The position numbers were made by a program, and so were the translations under genes. A stretch of 64,000 nucleotides of DNA from Actinomycetota bacterium (GTDB lineage: Bacteria; Actinomycetota; JAHEXW01; JAGVPG01), in assembly GCA_020052375.1 (NCBI GenBank), contig JAGVPG010000021.1, positions 17,969 to 81,968 on the forward strand. The letters run 5' to 3'. Below are positions 8,170-17,902 of the stretch, one piece after another; the first letter of the stretch is position 1; every line of letters starts with the position of its first letter. The notes below the pieces were generated by a model that saw nothing but the letters and a program-made list of their open reading frames with translations, made no database searches and was not told the origin of the DNA.

Positions 8170-10725
8170 TTGACTGACGCTTTTGATATTTCCGCGGTAA
8201 AAGGTCTTAAAGACAAGGATGCAAAGGCGATCCTTGTCAAAGACGGATACAACGAACTGCCATCATCGAAACCGAGAAGCATATTGAACATCGCCTTCGA
8301 CGTCGTCCGCGAGCCGATGTTTCTGCTTCTCGTCGCGGCCGGCGCTATCTATCTCATCTTGGGTGATGTAAGAGAAGCCTTGATGCTGTTGAGCTTTGTC
8401 TTTGTCGTCATGGGCATCACCTTATACCAGGAAAGGAAGACCGAGCGCGTTTTAGAAGCCCTCCGGGATCTATCGAGTCCGCGGGCTTTGGTCATCCGTG
8501 ACGGCCGTCAAAAAAGGATTCCCGGAAGGGAAGTCGTCAACGGTGACATGCTTGTCCTTTCGGAGGGAGACCGCGTGCCGGCGGACAGCATCCTACTCGA
8601 TACGATGGGACTGCAAGTGGACGAGTCCCTATTGACCGGAGAGTCCATGCCTGTATCAAAGAAGACAGGGACTCTTGATGATTGTATGCTTCGGCCGGGC
8701 GGAGATAGCCTTCCTTGCCTGTATTCGGGCACTCTCATCGTCAAAGGGCAAGGGATAGCGGTAGTCAAGGCGATCGGGATAGATACGGAGATCGGTAAGA
8801 TAGGCAAGGAGCTTAAAAGGATCACTCCGGAACCCACTACGCTACAAGTCGAAACAGGCAAGATCGTCAAGAGGCTGGCGCTGCTGGGAATAACACTGTG
8901 CATCATTGTGATCATAGTTTATGGAATAACGCGGGACGACTGGTTGCAGGGATTCCTGGCCGGATTGACGCTCGCGATGGCTACATTGCCGGAGGAGTTT
9001 TCGGTGGTGCTGACCATATTTTTAGCTCTGGGCGCTTGGCGGATCTCCCGAAGCAATGTATTGACCAGGCGTATCCCAGCGATCGAGACACTCGGCGCGG
9101 CCACAGTCCTATGCGTCGATAAAACGGGAACGATAACTCAAAACCTCATGAGCGTAAAGACTCTGACAGTAGGCCGGGATGTCTTCGATCTGGACAAGGA
9201 GCAAAAAAGTATCCCTGAGAGTTTTCACGAGATCGTAGAGTTTGCCATTCTTGCAAGTCAAAGGGATCCGTTCGATCCGATGGAAAAAGCCATCAAGTCT
9301 TTGGGTGAGTCCCATCTCAATAACACGGAACACCTGCATAAGGACTGGAAACTGGTCAGGGAATATCCTTTATCCGAAGAACTCCTAGCTTTATCGCATG
9401 TTTGGAAGTCTCCTCATGGAAGTGATTATGTGATAGCCGCGAAAGGGGCGCCTGAAGCGATCGCGGATCTGTGTCATTTCTCTAATGATCGTATCCGGGA
9501 GCTCGAGTCGTCCATCGAGGGATTGGCGGATGAAGGCCTGCGAGTCATAGGTGTTGCGAAAGCTCACTTCAGCGAGCCGGAGTTTCCCGGAAAGCAGCAT
9601 GACTTTACGTTTGAGTTCCTGGGTCTTGTGGGCTTAAGCGATCCGGTAAAGCCTCTGGTTCATGAGGCGGTGAAGGAATGCAATAGCGCGGGCGTGCGTG
9701 TGATCATGATAACCGGTGATTATCCGGGGACCGCTCGCCGTATCGCCGAAGAGATAGGGCTGCCGTGGCAGGATAAGATAATCACGGGTGCCGAGCTGGA
9801 TATGATGACGGATGAAGAACTGCTCGAACGGATATCGGATGTCAGTATATTCGCCCGTGTCTTGCCGGAGCAGAAACTCCGGATCGTTGAGGCTTTGAAG
9901 CACAAGGATGAAGTCGTTGCGATGACCGGCGATGGAGTAAATGACGCACCCGCTTTAAGGTCGGCCCATATCGGGATTGCCATGGGTGGCAGGGGGACCG
10001 ACGTTGCCAGAGAAGCGGCGGATCTTGTCTTGCTGGATGATGATTTCTCTTCGATAGTGGCTGCGGTAAGGTTGGGCCGGCGCATATTCGATAATCTTAA
10101 GAAAGCCATGGCGTATATATTTGCCGTCCATGTACCGATCGCGGGTCTATCGCTTATACCCGTAATACTGGGGTGGCCGCTGGTGTTGATGCCCGTGCAT
10201 ATAGTCTTTTTAGAGTTGATAATCGATCCGGCTTGTTCCATCATCTTCGAAGCAGAACCGGAGGAAGAGAACGTGATGAGCAGGCCTCCGAGGAACCAAG
10301 CAGACCCCCTCTTCGGAGCGCGGACTGTGCTGCTAAGTCTTCTACAAGGAACAAGTGTTTTGATCATAGTCATGGCCATATTTTCCATAGCATACATGAG
10401 GGGGCAGGGTGTAGCAGATGCGCGCGCTTTGACCTTTGCATCGCTCATCGTAGCGAACTTAGGACTTATTCTGACGAACCGCTCATGGTCGAGGACGATA
10501 ATCGGCACAATAGGCACAAAGAACAACGCTTTGTGGTGGATAATCGGGGGCGCCGTGGTTTTTCTCGCGCTCACGATTTATACGCCGTTCCTGAGAGGTT
10601 TGTTTCATTTCACGACCTTGCACCCGGTAGATATACTCATATCGATAGCAGCCGGCGGGATCGGTATATTATGGTTTGAGATCTTGAAGGTGTTGAACCG
10701 GAAAAGGAAGGGGTCAAAGGGATGA
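8170..10725 (+). CDS. cation-transporting P-type ATPase (P2-type)
   Basis: DKTGTITQN, TGDYPGTA, MTGDGVNDAPAL, TM4 LPEEF; AAGGAGG 6 nt before the TTG start. Confidence 0.9.
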   Translation: MTDAFDISAVKGLKDKDAKAILVKDGYNELPSSKPRSILNIAFDVVREPMFLLLVAAGAIYLILGDVREALMLLSFVFVVMGITLYQERKTERVLEALRDLSSPRALVIRDGRQKRIPGREVVNGDMLVLSEGDRVPADSILLDTMGLQVDESLLTGESMPVSKKTGTLDDCMLRPGGDSLPCLYSGTLIVKGQGIAVVKAIGIDTEIGKIGKELKRITPEPTTLQVETGKIVKRLALLGITLCIIVIIVYGITRDDWLQGFLAGLTLAMATLPEEFSVVLTIFLALGAWRISRSNVLTRRIPAIETLGAATVLCVDKTGTITQNLMSVKTLTVGRDVFDLDKEQKSIPESFHEIVEFAILASQRDPFDPMEKAIKSLGESHLNNTEHLHKDWKLVREYPLSEELLALSHVWKSPHGSDYVIAAKGAPEAIADLCHFSNDRIRELESSIEGLADEGLRVIGVAKAHFSEPEFPGKQHDFTFEFLGLVGLSDPVKPLVHEAVKECNSAGVRVIMITGDYPGTARRIAEEIGLPWQDKIITGAELDMMTDEELLERISDVSIFARVLPEQKLRIVEALKHKDEVVAMTGDGVNDAPALRSAHIGIAMGGRGTDVAREAADLVLLDDDFSSIVAAVRLGRRIFDNLKKAMAYIFAVHVPIAGLSLIPVILGWPLVLMPVHIVFLELIIDPACSIIFEAEPEEENVMSRPPRNQADPLFGARTVLLSLLQGTSVLIIVMAIFSIAYMRGQGVADARALTFASLIVANLGLILTNRSWSRTIIGTIGTKNNALWWIIGGAVVFLALTIYTPFLRGLFHFTTLHPVDILISIAAGGIGILWFEILKVLNRKRKGSKG

Positions 10726-11366
10726 AAGTGCTGATAGTCTTCTATTCGATGCACGGACATATTTTAAAGATGGCTCATGCCGTAGCTGAAGGCGTGGATC
10801 AAGTCGATGGAGTAAGAGCGGAGCTCAGGCGTGTTCCAGAGACTATTCCCGAAGATGTTCTAAGAAAGGCCGGAGCGTGGGAGGCTCATCTGGAATGCTC
10901 AAGTATCGCCGAGTGTATGCTCGAGGATCTTGTTGAAGCTGATGCCGTTATATTCGGAACGCCGACGCGTTACGGCAATATGACCGGACAGATGCGGCTG
11001 TTCATGGATAAGACCGGCTCACTTTGGCTGAAGCAGGCATTGGCCGGAAAAGTCGGCGGCGTCTTTACAAGCGGTAACACACAGCACGGAGGGCAAGAAA
11101 GCACGATCTTGAGTTTCTATACGAATCTTTTACACCACGGGATGGTGATAGCCGGTCTCCCGTATCTGTTTAAGGGGCAGATGACGATGAAGGAGATCAG
11201 CGGTTGTTCGCCATATGGCGCGTCCTGCGTAGTCGGCCAGGATGATCCGAGGATGCCGGTCGAGAGTGAACTCGCCGGGGCGAGGTTCCAGGGGAGATAT
11301 GTAGCGCTGTTGACCAGGTCCTTAGCAAAAGATAGGGCAGGGATAGTGGAAGAACTGAAGGAATGA
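10722..11366 (+). CDS. wrbA: NAD(P)H:quinone oxidoreductase, WrbA type
   Basis: MKVLIVFYSMHGH, GTPTRYGNM, QHGGQEST; ATGA overlap with the ATPase stop. Confidence 0.85.
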   Translation: MKVLIVFYSMHGHILKMAHAVAEGVDQVDGVRAELRRVPETIPEDVLRKAGAWEAHLECSSIAECMLEDLVEADAVIFGTPTRYGNMTGQMRLFMDKTGSLWLKQALAGKVGGVFTSGNTQHGGQESTILSFYTNLLHHGMVIAGLPYLFKGQMTMKEISGCSPYGASCVVGQDDPRMPVESELAGARFQGRYVALLTRSLAKDRAGIVEELKE

Positions 11367-11396
11367 AGTGAGGAAGTGAGGAAGTGAGGAAGGAAG
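11365..11396 (+). repeat. 8-nt tandem array GAAGTGAG x3 plus GAAGGAAG
   Basis: Read directly; begins in the wrbA TGA and contains the GTG start of the next gene. Confidence 0.9.
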
Positions 11397-12520
11397 CGGC
11401 GAATCTTTTGTTCCGTTTATATATGGTCGTGGTGGCACTGTTACTTTTAAGTGTCCCGGGATCGTTCGTTTACTGGTATATGCAGCCGGATAAGCCGATA
11501 GATGCCGTATTGATAGACAAGACGGTGCCGACCAAGGAATACAGGGAACACAGATCTTTGATGTGGACTCTGGATAATCTGAAATATGTGAACAAGAAGA
11601 CCGGGATGCCATTCCGTTATGATAAAGACTACTTCGGATTTTTCCCGCTCAGCGGGATCAGATACAACATACGGGAATTGCCTGAACGCATCGGGCACCC
11701 CGATCTCATCTATATCGTTGATACCCTTGGTATCTATAAAAACGATCTAAACCTGCAGACCGTGACCGGTGAACGCTCCGATCTTCTTTATGGAGGAACA
11801 GAAGATCAAGAGGTCGAGACCATAAAAAGAGCGATGACGCAGACAAACATATTGATAGCCGAGTTCGACTCGATAGCAACACCGACAAGGCCGAGAACGA
11901 GCAAGGAGTTGGAGTCCTTGCTGGGCGTTGAATGGACCGGATGGACAGGCCGATACTTTGCGGATCTTAGGAGCTCGAATACTGAAGTGCCTCGATGGCT
12001 GATCACAGGTTATGAGCAACAAAGCGGGAAGAAGTGGTCGTATACAGGACAGGGCATAGCGTTCGTCCACGAAGACGGGACCGTTTTTATCATGACACAT
12101 GGAAGAGATATCGGAAACGGTCTGAACTCGGTGTATTTTAGGGGTGATACCGTGCGCAGGTTCGGTGTCCAGGATCGAGTCAGGTACTACTACTGGTTCG
12201 ATGTAGTTAAACCTAAGGGCGACGTTGAGATATTGGCCGATTACGAGCTCGATGTAACGGCACAAGGAAAAGCCTTGCTTAAGAAGCATGGTCTTAAGTC
12301 TACCTTTCCGGCGATAATCGCCAAAGATTCGCCTTATAATACCTATTATTTCGCGGGGGATTATGCGGACAACAAACCTGTGCCGAGCATATACAACTCG
12401 ACGATAGCGAAGCCCGTGTACTCTACTCTTTCAAGAGATGCAGATGGAAATACAGGATATTTCTACTGGAGGGTATACTATCCTTTGATGACAGGCATAC
12501 TGTCGGAGCTTCCTCGTTAA
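11384..12520 (+). CDS. membrane-anchored hypothetical protein
   Basis: 378-aa ORF; N-terminal TM helix LYMVVVALLLLSV; no motif recognised. Confidence 0.5.
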   Translation: MRKEAANLLFRLYMVVVALLLLSVPGSFVYWYMQPDKPIDAVLIDKTVPTKEYREHRSLMWTLDNLKYVNKKTGMPFRYDKDYFGFFPLSGIRYNIRELPERIGHPDLIYIVDTLGIYKNDLNLQTVTGERSDLLYGGTEDQEVETIKRAMTQTNILIAEFDSIATPTRPRTSKELESLLGVEWTGWTGRYFADLRSSNTEVPRWLITGYEQQSGKKWSYTGQGIAFVHEDGTVFIMTHGRDIGNGLNSVYFRGDTVRRFGVQDRVRYYYWFDVVKPKGDVEILADYELDVTAQGKALLKKHGLKSTFPAIIAKDSPYNTYYFAGDYADNKPVPSIYNSTIAKPVYSTLSRDADGNTGYFYWRVYYPLMTGILSELPR

Positions 12521-12521
12521 G

Positions 12522-14009
12522 ATGTCTTCTATGAAAAGAGGCAGACGGTTTATATCGACCGCGGTCTTTGGCCTGGCTGCAGGATTCATCCTCGGGGTAC
12601 TGACATTGTTTATTGTGAATGTGCCCCTGGAAGCGATGTTGAAACGAACCGGCACTTCGCAGACCATAGTCAATATCACCATGACTGTCGTTATCCTGAT
12701 ATGGGTGGCGACAACCGTAGCGATCACCGTATTTTTCTATAGTACGTGTTTTCGTAAAAAGGAGAGAATAAAGACCGCCGTTATCACGACGACAATAACC
12801 GGAATGATGGCGATCGTCTTGATGGTATTGTTGATTGTCTATCCCGTCGGTCGATGGTTCCCGGATCAGGAATCAGCCTCAACGGATAAGAGCCGGTTTA
12901 CCTTTGGATCGTATCCCGACACCGAAAGACTCGCAAAGCTTAAGGCGGACGGATATGAAGGGGTAATAGCGCTTCTAAGCCCGACGATACCATTTGAGAA
13001 TGTATTGATAGGGGAGGAGAAACAAGCAGTTGAAAAGGCGGGACTGAGGTTCTATTCCATACCCATGCTTCCCTGGATCACTGAAAACCGGGATTCCATA
13101 GAGCAGTTAAAAAAACTGGTCGGCAAGACGAAAGGTAAGTACTTTATCCATTGCTATCTCGGCAAACACCGGATAGATGTGGCAAAGAAGGTCGTCGAGG
13201 GTGAGCTTAAGGAAATAGCGTTGGAAGAAGCCCTGATATTCCCGGACCGGTTGGAAAGAGGGCTGCTCTATACATATGCGGATGGCGGCAAGATACTGGG
13301 TCCGTATCCGACGGATGAAGAATGGTTCAGCACCGTCCTGCGCGGAAGGGTCGAGGAAGTAGTATCCTTTCTTGACCCGGAGAACCCGGGTAATGTGGCA
13401 TTGATCGAAAAGGAAAAGAAGATATGCAGCGATATGGACATTGAGTTTACAAATATGCCGGTCAAGAATGAGCCGGGGATATGGACCGGGATGGCGGAGC
13501 TGACCGGATACGTGCAGTCGAACAGGCAAAAAGTCTATATCCACGGATTCAAAGACGACGAAAGGTTCCAGATGACAGACAGGTTCTTGCGCTTCGGTAC
13601 GACAGGTACAGTTCCAGCAATGGATGAAAAGCAAAGGGGAAGGGTGTATGGAGTCGAAGAAGGCGCCATGCCGAAAAGCATGGGCGACAGAAAGGCTTTC
13701 TATGTGACAAGGCACATAATCGTGGGCGCCAAGCCGAGCGAGAATGAAATGAACCGGCTCGCCGGACTGGGGGTCGCTACGATAATCCTGCTCGACGAGC
13801 CTAAGGCCATGAAGAGCTCTGAAAAAAGCAGGATCAAAAAGGCCTGCAGGGACAATGATATGGCTTTTAAAGAGATCGAATTCGATGAAGATTACGTAAG
13901 CGAAATAGCGGAGGAAGCTATAAAAGACGGCAATCCATGTTTCGTATTAACGCCGGAGGGAGCGCAGTTCCAGGTAGATCACGACCTGAATGCCGTCATC
14001 TTACATTAG
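12522..14009 (+). CDS. integral membrane protein with cytosolic Cys-based phosphatase-like (HCX5R) domain followed by degenerate repeats
   Basis: About 4 N-terminal TM helices; P-loop FIHCYLGKHR; later segment YIHGFKDDER lacks the Cys. Confidence 0.5.
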   Translation: MSSMKRGRRFISTAVFGLAAGFILGVLTLFIVNVPLEAMLKRTGTSQTIVNITMTVVILIWVATTVAITVFFYSTCFRKKERIKTAVITTTITGMMAIVLMVLLIVYPVGRWFPDQESASTDKSRFTFGSYPDTERLAKLKADGYEGVIALLSPTIPFENVLIGEEKQAVEKAGLRFYSIPMLPWITENRDSIEQLKKLVGKTKGKYFIHCYLGKHRIDVAKKVVEGELKEIALEEALIFPDRLERGLLYTYADGGKILGPYPTDEEWFSTVLRGRVEEVVSFLDPENPGNVALIEKEKKICSDMDIEFTNMPVKNEPGIWTGMAELTGYVQSNRQKVYIHGFKDDERFQMTDRFLRFGTTGTVPAMDEKQRGRVYGVEEGAMPKSMGDRKAFYVTRHIIVGAKPSENEMNRLAGLGVATIILLDEPKAMKSSEKSRIKKACRDNDMAFKEIEFDEDYVSEIAEEAIKDGNPCFVLTPEGAQFQVDHDLNAVILH

Positions 14010-14070
14010 GCCGCAGGAATCGTGATAGAATGGTCGTGGTCGATCGGCATAATGAGGATGGCGAGGTATA

Positions 14071-15015
14071 TTGGGAAAAAACGAAACGAGCAAGAAACCG
14101 TTGTACATCACAGGAACACTCCTCGTATTAGCGCTCATCGGAATAGTCGCATGGTACCAGGGGCCGTGGTCTAAAGTATACGATCGAACTAAGGGCTTGG
14201 TAAAGAAAAGCGAGGCCCATTACAGCAAGGCCGAATCAAAGACGCAAAAGCTTAGGGGCATGGATAAAACGATCAACGCGATCAGGCTTTCCGCTTCAAA
14301 GGAAGACCAGGACAAGATACAAAAAGACATAGTCGGATATAGAAAGAAGGTCGCAGAGGCCAAAGCCGAATTGCGTAAGTCCAGCGATTATCTTAAAGAA
14401 GCCGGGGCGGTCATCCTGCCGGGCTGGTATAGAGACTATGTCGACCTGCTAAGGAAAAGAAACGACGATCTTGAGATCTGCCTCGACGTCTTTGATGAAG
14501 AGTTCATGACTTTAAACAAAGAGATAGCCATAGCGCCCGGTCTCATCCAGGTCGTTGACGAAATGGCCCAGGTGTTTCAGAAGCTGGAGACCATCTATAT
14601 GGCGTATAAGGCGGACGATTTCACAAAGGCGTCCGAGGTCATCGATCAGGCGGAATCCGATATGAAGAAAGTACGGGATTCATTCGATACGACCACTGCG
14701 GATATCAAGAACGAGCAGCATGTCAAGAAGACCAAAGAGCTTCTTGAGGGCATCCAGGGATTCTTCAAGACCCTCCGCGACCTTGTCGCTGCGGCTACTT
14801 CAAAGGATACAAAAGCCAAGGACACAGCCGTAAAAAATGTACAGATGGACTCGGCTGTACTGGACGGTGAGACAAAGGCCTTAGGATTGAATACGGAGAC
14901 TGATGGATGGCTTATCAAGCAGCACGAACGGTATAAGGACAAGTCGGACCGTGCGTTCAGTCAGGCTCTAGCGAGTATTTCGCAAGCCGATAAAATCTTA
15001 AGAAAACATAAGTAG
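14071..15015 (+). CDS. membrane-anchored coiled-coil hypothetical protein
   Basis: TTG start; TM helix LYITGTLLVLALIGIVAW; Lys/Glu-rich helical remainder. Confidence 0.5.
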   Translation: MGKNETSKKPLYITGTLLVLALIGIVAWYQGPWSKVYDRTKGLVKKSEAHYSKAESKTQKLRGMDKTINAIRLSASKEDQDKIQKDIVGYRKKVAEAKAELRKSSDYLKEAGAVILPGWYRDYVDLLRKRNDDLEICLDVFDEEFMTLNKEIAIAPGLIQVVDEMAQVFQKLETIYMAYKADDFTKASEVIDQAESDMKKVRDSFDTTTADIKNEQHVKKTKELLEGIQGFFKTLRDLVAAATSKDTKAKDTAVKNVQMDSAVLDGETKALGLNTETDGWLIKQHERYKDKSDRAFSQALASISQADKILRKHK

Positions 15016-15033
15016 CCAACGGAGCCTTCTAAA

Positions 15034-15930
15034 ATGGGCAAGATATATGTAGGAACTGCCAGCTGGACAGACCCCACCTTGACTCAAAGCACGCTCTTTT
15101 ATCCCTCGAAAGCGATGTCGGCGGAGGAACGCCTAAGGTTCTACGCTTCTCATTTCAATGCGGTAGAGGTTGATTCCACATATTATGCTTTGCCGGCCGA
15201 GCGGATGGTCATGCTTCAGACGGAAAGGACACCGGCTGATTTCAAGTTGAGCTATAAGGCCTTCGGGGCGCTGACACGGCATCCGGTGGATGTGAGAAGA
15301 CTGCCCAAAGCGGTCAAGGCAGTGATGAGGCCATCGGTCATTGAAGAGGACCGGCTTGACTTCCGGGGGGTCGAGCCGGAAGTCCTCGATCTTATGTTCG
15401 ACATGTTCAGGAATGCTTTGAAGCCGGCGGATGAAGCGGGCAAGCTGGGAGCGGTCCTGTTCCAGTTTCCGCCATATTTTACGTATGACACGGAAAATAT
15501 GGATTACATAGTGAAATGCAAAGAGAAGCTTCCGGACTACGACCTTGCGATAGAATTCAGGCACTCGAGCTGGACGACAGGGCCCAATAGACAGGAGACG
15601 ATAGAATTCTTAAGAAGCAACGGTCTTATATATACGGTAGTGGATGAGCCGCAGTTTGAGAGCGGGTCCACAGCGCCTTTCATCCCGGTAACGACGGGCA
15701 ATGTCTCCTATGTCAGGTTCCATGGAAGGAACAAAGAGGCATGGTTCAAGAAGGGCATAACGACAGCAGAGAGGTTCGCCTACCTGTATTCGGAGGAAGA
15801 ACTGGGCGAACTGGGGGAAGAGATCCGCGTGCTTATAAAAGAGACGAATGCGACATATGTGCTTTTCAACAACTGTTTTCAAGACTACGGCGTACGGAAT
15901 GCCAAGATGATGAAAGCCATACTGAGTTAG
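15034..15930 (+). CDS. DUF72 family protein
   Basis: IYVGTASW, FYP, RLRFYASHFNAVEVDSTYYALP, TPADFKLSYK, TRH. Confidence 0.85.
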   Translation: MGKIYVGTASWTDPTLTQSTLFYPSKAMSAEERLRFYASHFNAVEVDSTYYALPAERMVMLQTERTPADFKLSYKAFGALTRHPVDVRRLPKAVKAVMRPSVIEEDRLDFRGVEPEVLDLMFDMFRNALKPADEAGKLGAVLFQFPPYFTYDTENMDYIVKCKEKLPDYDLAIEFRHSSWTTGPNRQETIEFLRSNGLIYTVVDEPQFESGSTAPFIPVTTGNVSYVRFHGRNKEAWFKKGITTAERFAYLYSEEELGELGEEIRVLIKETNATYVLFNNCFQDYGVRNAKMMKAILS

Positions 15931-15949
15931 CAAGAAGCAAGAAGCAACA
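15929..15949 (+). repeat. 7-nt tandem array AGCAAGA x2 plus AGCAACA
   Basis: Read directly; begins inside the DUF72 TAG stop. Confidence 0.85.
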
Positions 15950-15956
15950 CACTCCC

Positions 15957-15985
15957 TTGACTCCCATATCTCCTCGTGTTATCTT
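15957..15985 (+). promoter_or_regulatory. candidate sigma-70 promoter of the small-ORF/dinB operon
   Basis: TTGACT, 17-nt spacer, TATCTT. Confidence 0.35.
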
Positions 15986-15997
15986 TAATCATAAACA

Positions 15998-16012
15998 CGA
16001 ACATATGTTTGC
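15998..16012 (+). promoter_or_regulatory. candidate LexA operator (Cheo-box type)
   Basis: CGAACATATGTTTGC fits CGAAC-N4-GTTYC apart from the last base; same extended motif upstream of lexA. Confidence 0.55.
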
Positions 16013-16024
16013 ATTGGAGGCGTT

Positions 16025-16276
16025 ATGATCACAGAAATCAGCGAGCAAATCGAAGTGGACGCGGTCTTCAGCAACGGGCAACTTAACCCCGTCAGTTTCG
16101 TATGGAACAAGCGCCTGTACCGCGTCAAAAAGGTCCACGGGCGGTATCAGGACTTTGTCGGCCGCACGCAGCGTCTCCACTACGCGGTCGGCGCCGGTGC
16201 GGGAGAGGTGTTTGAGATCTCCTTCAACACGGAAGACATGACCTGGGAGCTTCTACGCATCCACAACAAGTCTTAA
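16025..16276 (+). CDS. small hypothetical protein co-transcribed with dinB
   Basis: GGAGG RBS; 83 aa; stop 6 nt before the dinB start; SOS box upstream. Confidence 0.55.
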   Translation: MITEISEQIEVDAVFSNGQLNPVSFVWNKRLYRVKKVHGRYQDFVGRTQRLHYAVGAGAGEVFEISFNTEDMTWELLRIHNKS

Positions 16277-16282
16277 ACAAAC

Positions 16283-17503
16283 ATGCCTATCCATATCGAC
16301 ATGGATGCCTTCTTCGCTTCGATAGAACAGCGGGACATCCCTTTATACAAAGGCAAGCCACTGATAGTCTGTCATACCGACGACGCCCTATCGATAAGAG
16401 GAATAGTCTCGACATCGTCCTATGAGGCCCGAGAATACGGTGTCAGATCTGCGATGTCGGTCCTGGAAGCAAAGCGCCTCTGCCCCGACGGCATCTATGT
16501 CAAGGGAAGTTATGATAAATACCTGCATAATGCCAAGACTATCCATGAGATCTGCCTGCGCTATTCCGACAAAGTCGAGATCTACTCGGTGGACGAGTTC
16601 TTTATCGACGCCAGAAACAGCAGCCGCCTGTTCGGCGGCGAAGTGGACATCGGCCTTCAGATCCAGAACAAGATCGCCGAAGAGATAGGCCTGCCTTGTT
16701 CCATCGGCATCGGGCCCAATAAACTGGTCGCCAAGATGGCGTCGGAGTTTAAAAAGCCCCGCGGTCTGACCGTCATCGAAGAGGCCGACCTGCCCGACGC
16801 CTTTGCGCCCTTGCCTGTCTATAAACTGGTCGGCGTGGGCAGGAAGATGAGAAGGCATCTTAATTCGATGGGCATATTCACCATCGGCGACCTTGCCGGA
16901 ACTCCGGAAGATGAGCTGAAGAGCCGTTTCGGCATAGTCGGGACCGCTCTGCGCCAGGCATCGCTCGGCATGAATTCCAGTACCGTCCACAGCTCTTTCA
17001 ATCTAAGAGAAAGCATAAAATCCTTCGGCCATAGCTCGGCTCTGGGAAAAGGACTCTCCGACTTAGACAGACTCACCAAGGTCTTGCTAGGGCTCACGGA
17101 AGGCGTCACAAGAAGGATGAGGAAAGAAGGCTATGCCGGCCGTACGGTAAACATAAGGCTGTCCATGGCCCGGCTTTTTACCGTCTGCCGCAGCAAAAGC
17201 ATGGCCGTTTCCTCCGACCTGACCGATGACGTCTATCCCATGGCAGTAAATCTTTTAAATAAGGAAAGCCAGCTTCTCGCCCGGTATCCCGTGACGACGA
17301 TCGGAGTCAGCGTAAGCAATCTGACCGACATGGAAAAAGGTCTTCAGCTATCCGTATTGGACCTGCTGGAAAACAGGGCGGGCAAGATAGCGTCGGTGAT
17401 GGATTCGATCAGGGGCAAGTTCGGCGAGCGGGCCGTCTTAAGAGCGTCTCTAAGCGACTGGGGACGGCGCTACCACAGCGTCCCCCGATTGGAGATCAAA
17501 TAG
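16283..17503 (+). CDS. dinB: DNA polymerase IV (Y-family)
   Basis: IHIDMDAFFASIEQRD, YSVDEFFID, little-finger region. Confidence 0.9.
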   Translation: MPIHIDMDAFFASIEQRDIPLYKGKPLIVCHTDDALSIRGIVSTSSYEAREYGVRSAMSVLEAKRLCPDGIYVKGSYDKYLHNAKTIHEICLRYSDKVEIYSVDEFFIDARNSSRLFGGEVDIGLQIQNKIAEEIGLPCSIGIGPNKLVAKMASEFKKPRGLTVIEEADLPDAFAPLPVYKLVGVGRKMRRHLNSMGIFTIGDLAGTPEDELKSRFGIVGTALRQASLGMNSSTVHSSFNLRESIKSFGHSSALGKGLSDLDRLTKVLLGLTEGVTRRMRKEGYAGRTVNIRLSMARLFTVCRSKSMAVSSDLTDDVYPMAVNLLNKESQLLARYPVTTIGVSVSNLTDMEKGLQLSVLDLLENRAGKIASVMDSIRGKFGERAVLRASLSDWGRRYHSVPRLEIK

Positions 17504-17761
17504 ACTCGGTCGATTTCCCTAAGTATAAAATCTTATAAACAAGTGAGTGCCAACGAGACTGCATAAAATGTTTCCTTCATGTGACCTCGCTTGTACTTTT
17601 TAGTCACATTCAGTAAAAGTTTATTCCGTCTCTTATGGCATAGAGTTTATTTAAAAGATCTCATACTTGTTCATCGAAAGAACGACGACACCATGCCCGC
17701 TCGATCTTAAGAGACGCTTTTCTCGCGGATCAACCAGCGGACTTTATTAGTATTTATCTCC

Positions 17762-17902
17762 ATTCGCTCACACGAAATATTTAATGTAGCCGCCGACCTT
17801 CAGGTCGGCCCACCCAAAACGTCGTTCCGAGCGTTAGCGAGGAATCCACGGAAACGTGCAGCTAAATGTCATCATTGTGAGCTCACCGCTAGGTGAGCGA
17901 AT
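17762..17902. repeat. structured non-coding element bounded by a 10-bp inverted repeat
   Basis: ATTCGCTCAC (17762-17771) / GTGAGCGAAT (17893-17902); encloses hairpin GCCGACC-TTCA-GGTCGGC (17792-17809), GAGCGTTAGCG (17829-17839) and hairpin GCTCACC-GCTA-GGTGAGC (17881-17898). Confidence 0.7.

Noticed and set aside
9720-10574. Long antisense ORFs inside well-supported genes. Examples are 9720-10574 opposite the P-type ATPase, 29787-30560 opposite ribD, 31924-32601 and 32672-33295 opposite ribBA/ribH, 26353-26892 opposite priA/def, and 44480-44947.
   Set aside because: Each lies fully within a gene that has clear family motifs on the other strand. The translations are Ser/Pro/Arg/Cys-rich low-complexity sequence without motifs or an RBS. 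They are typical shadow ORFs at this GC content.
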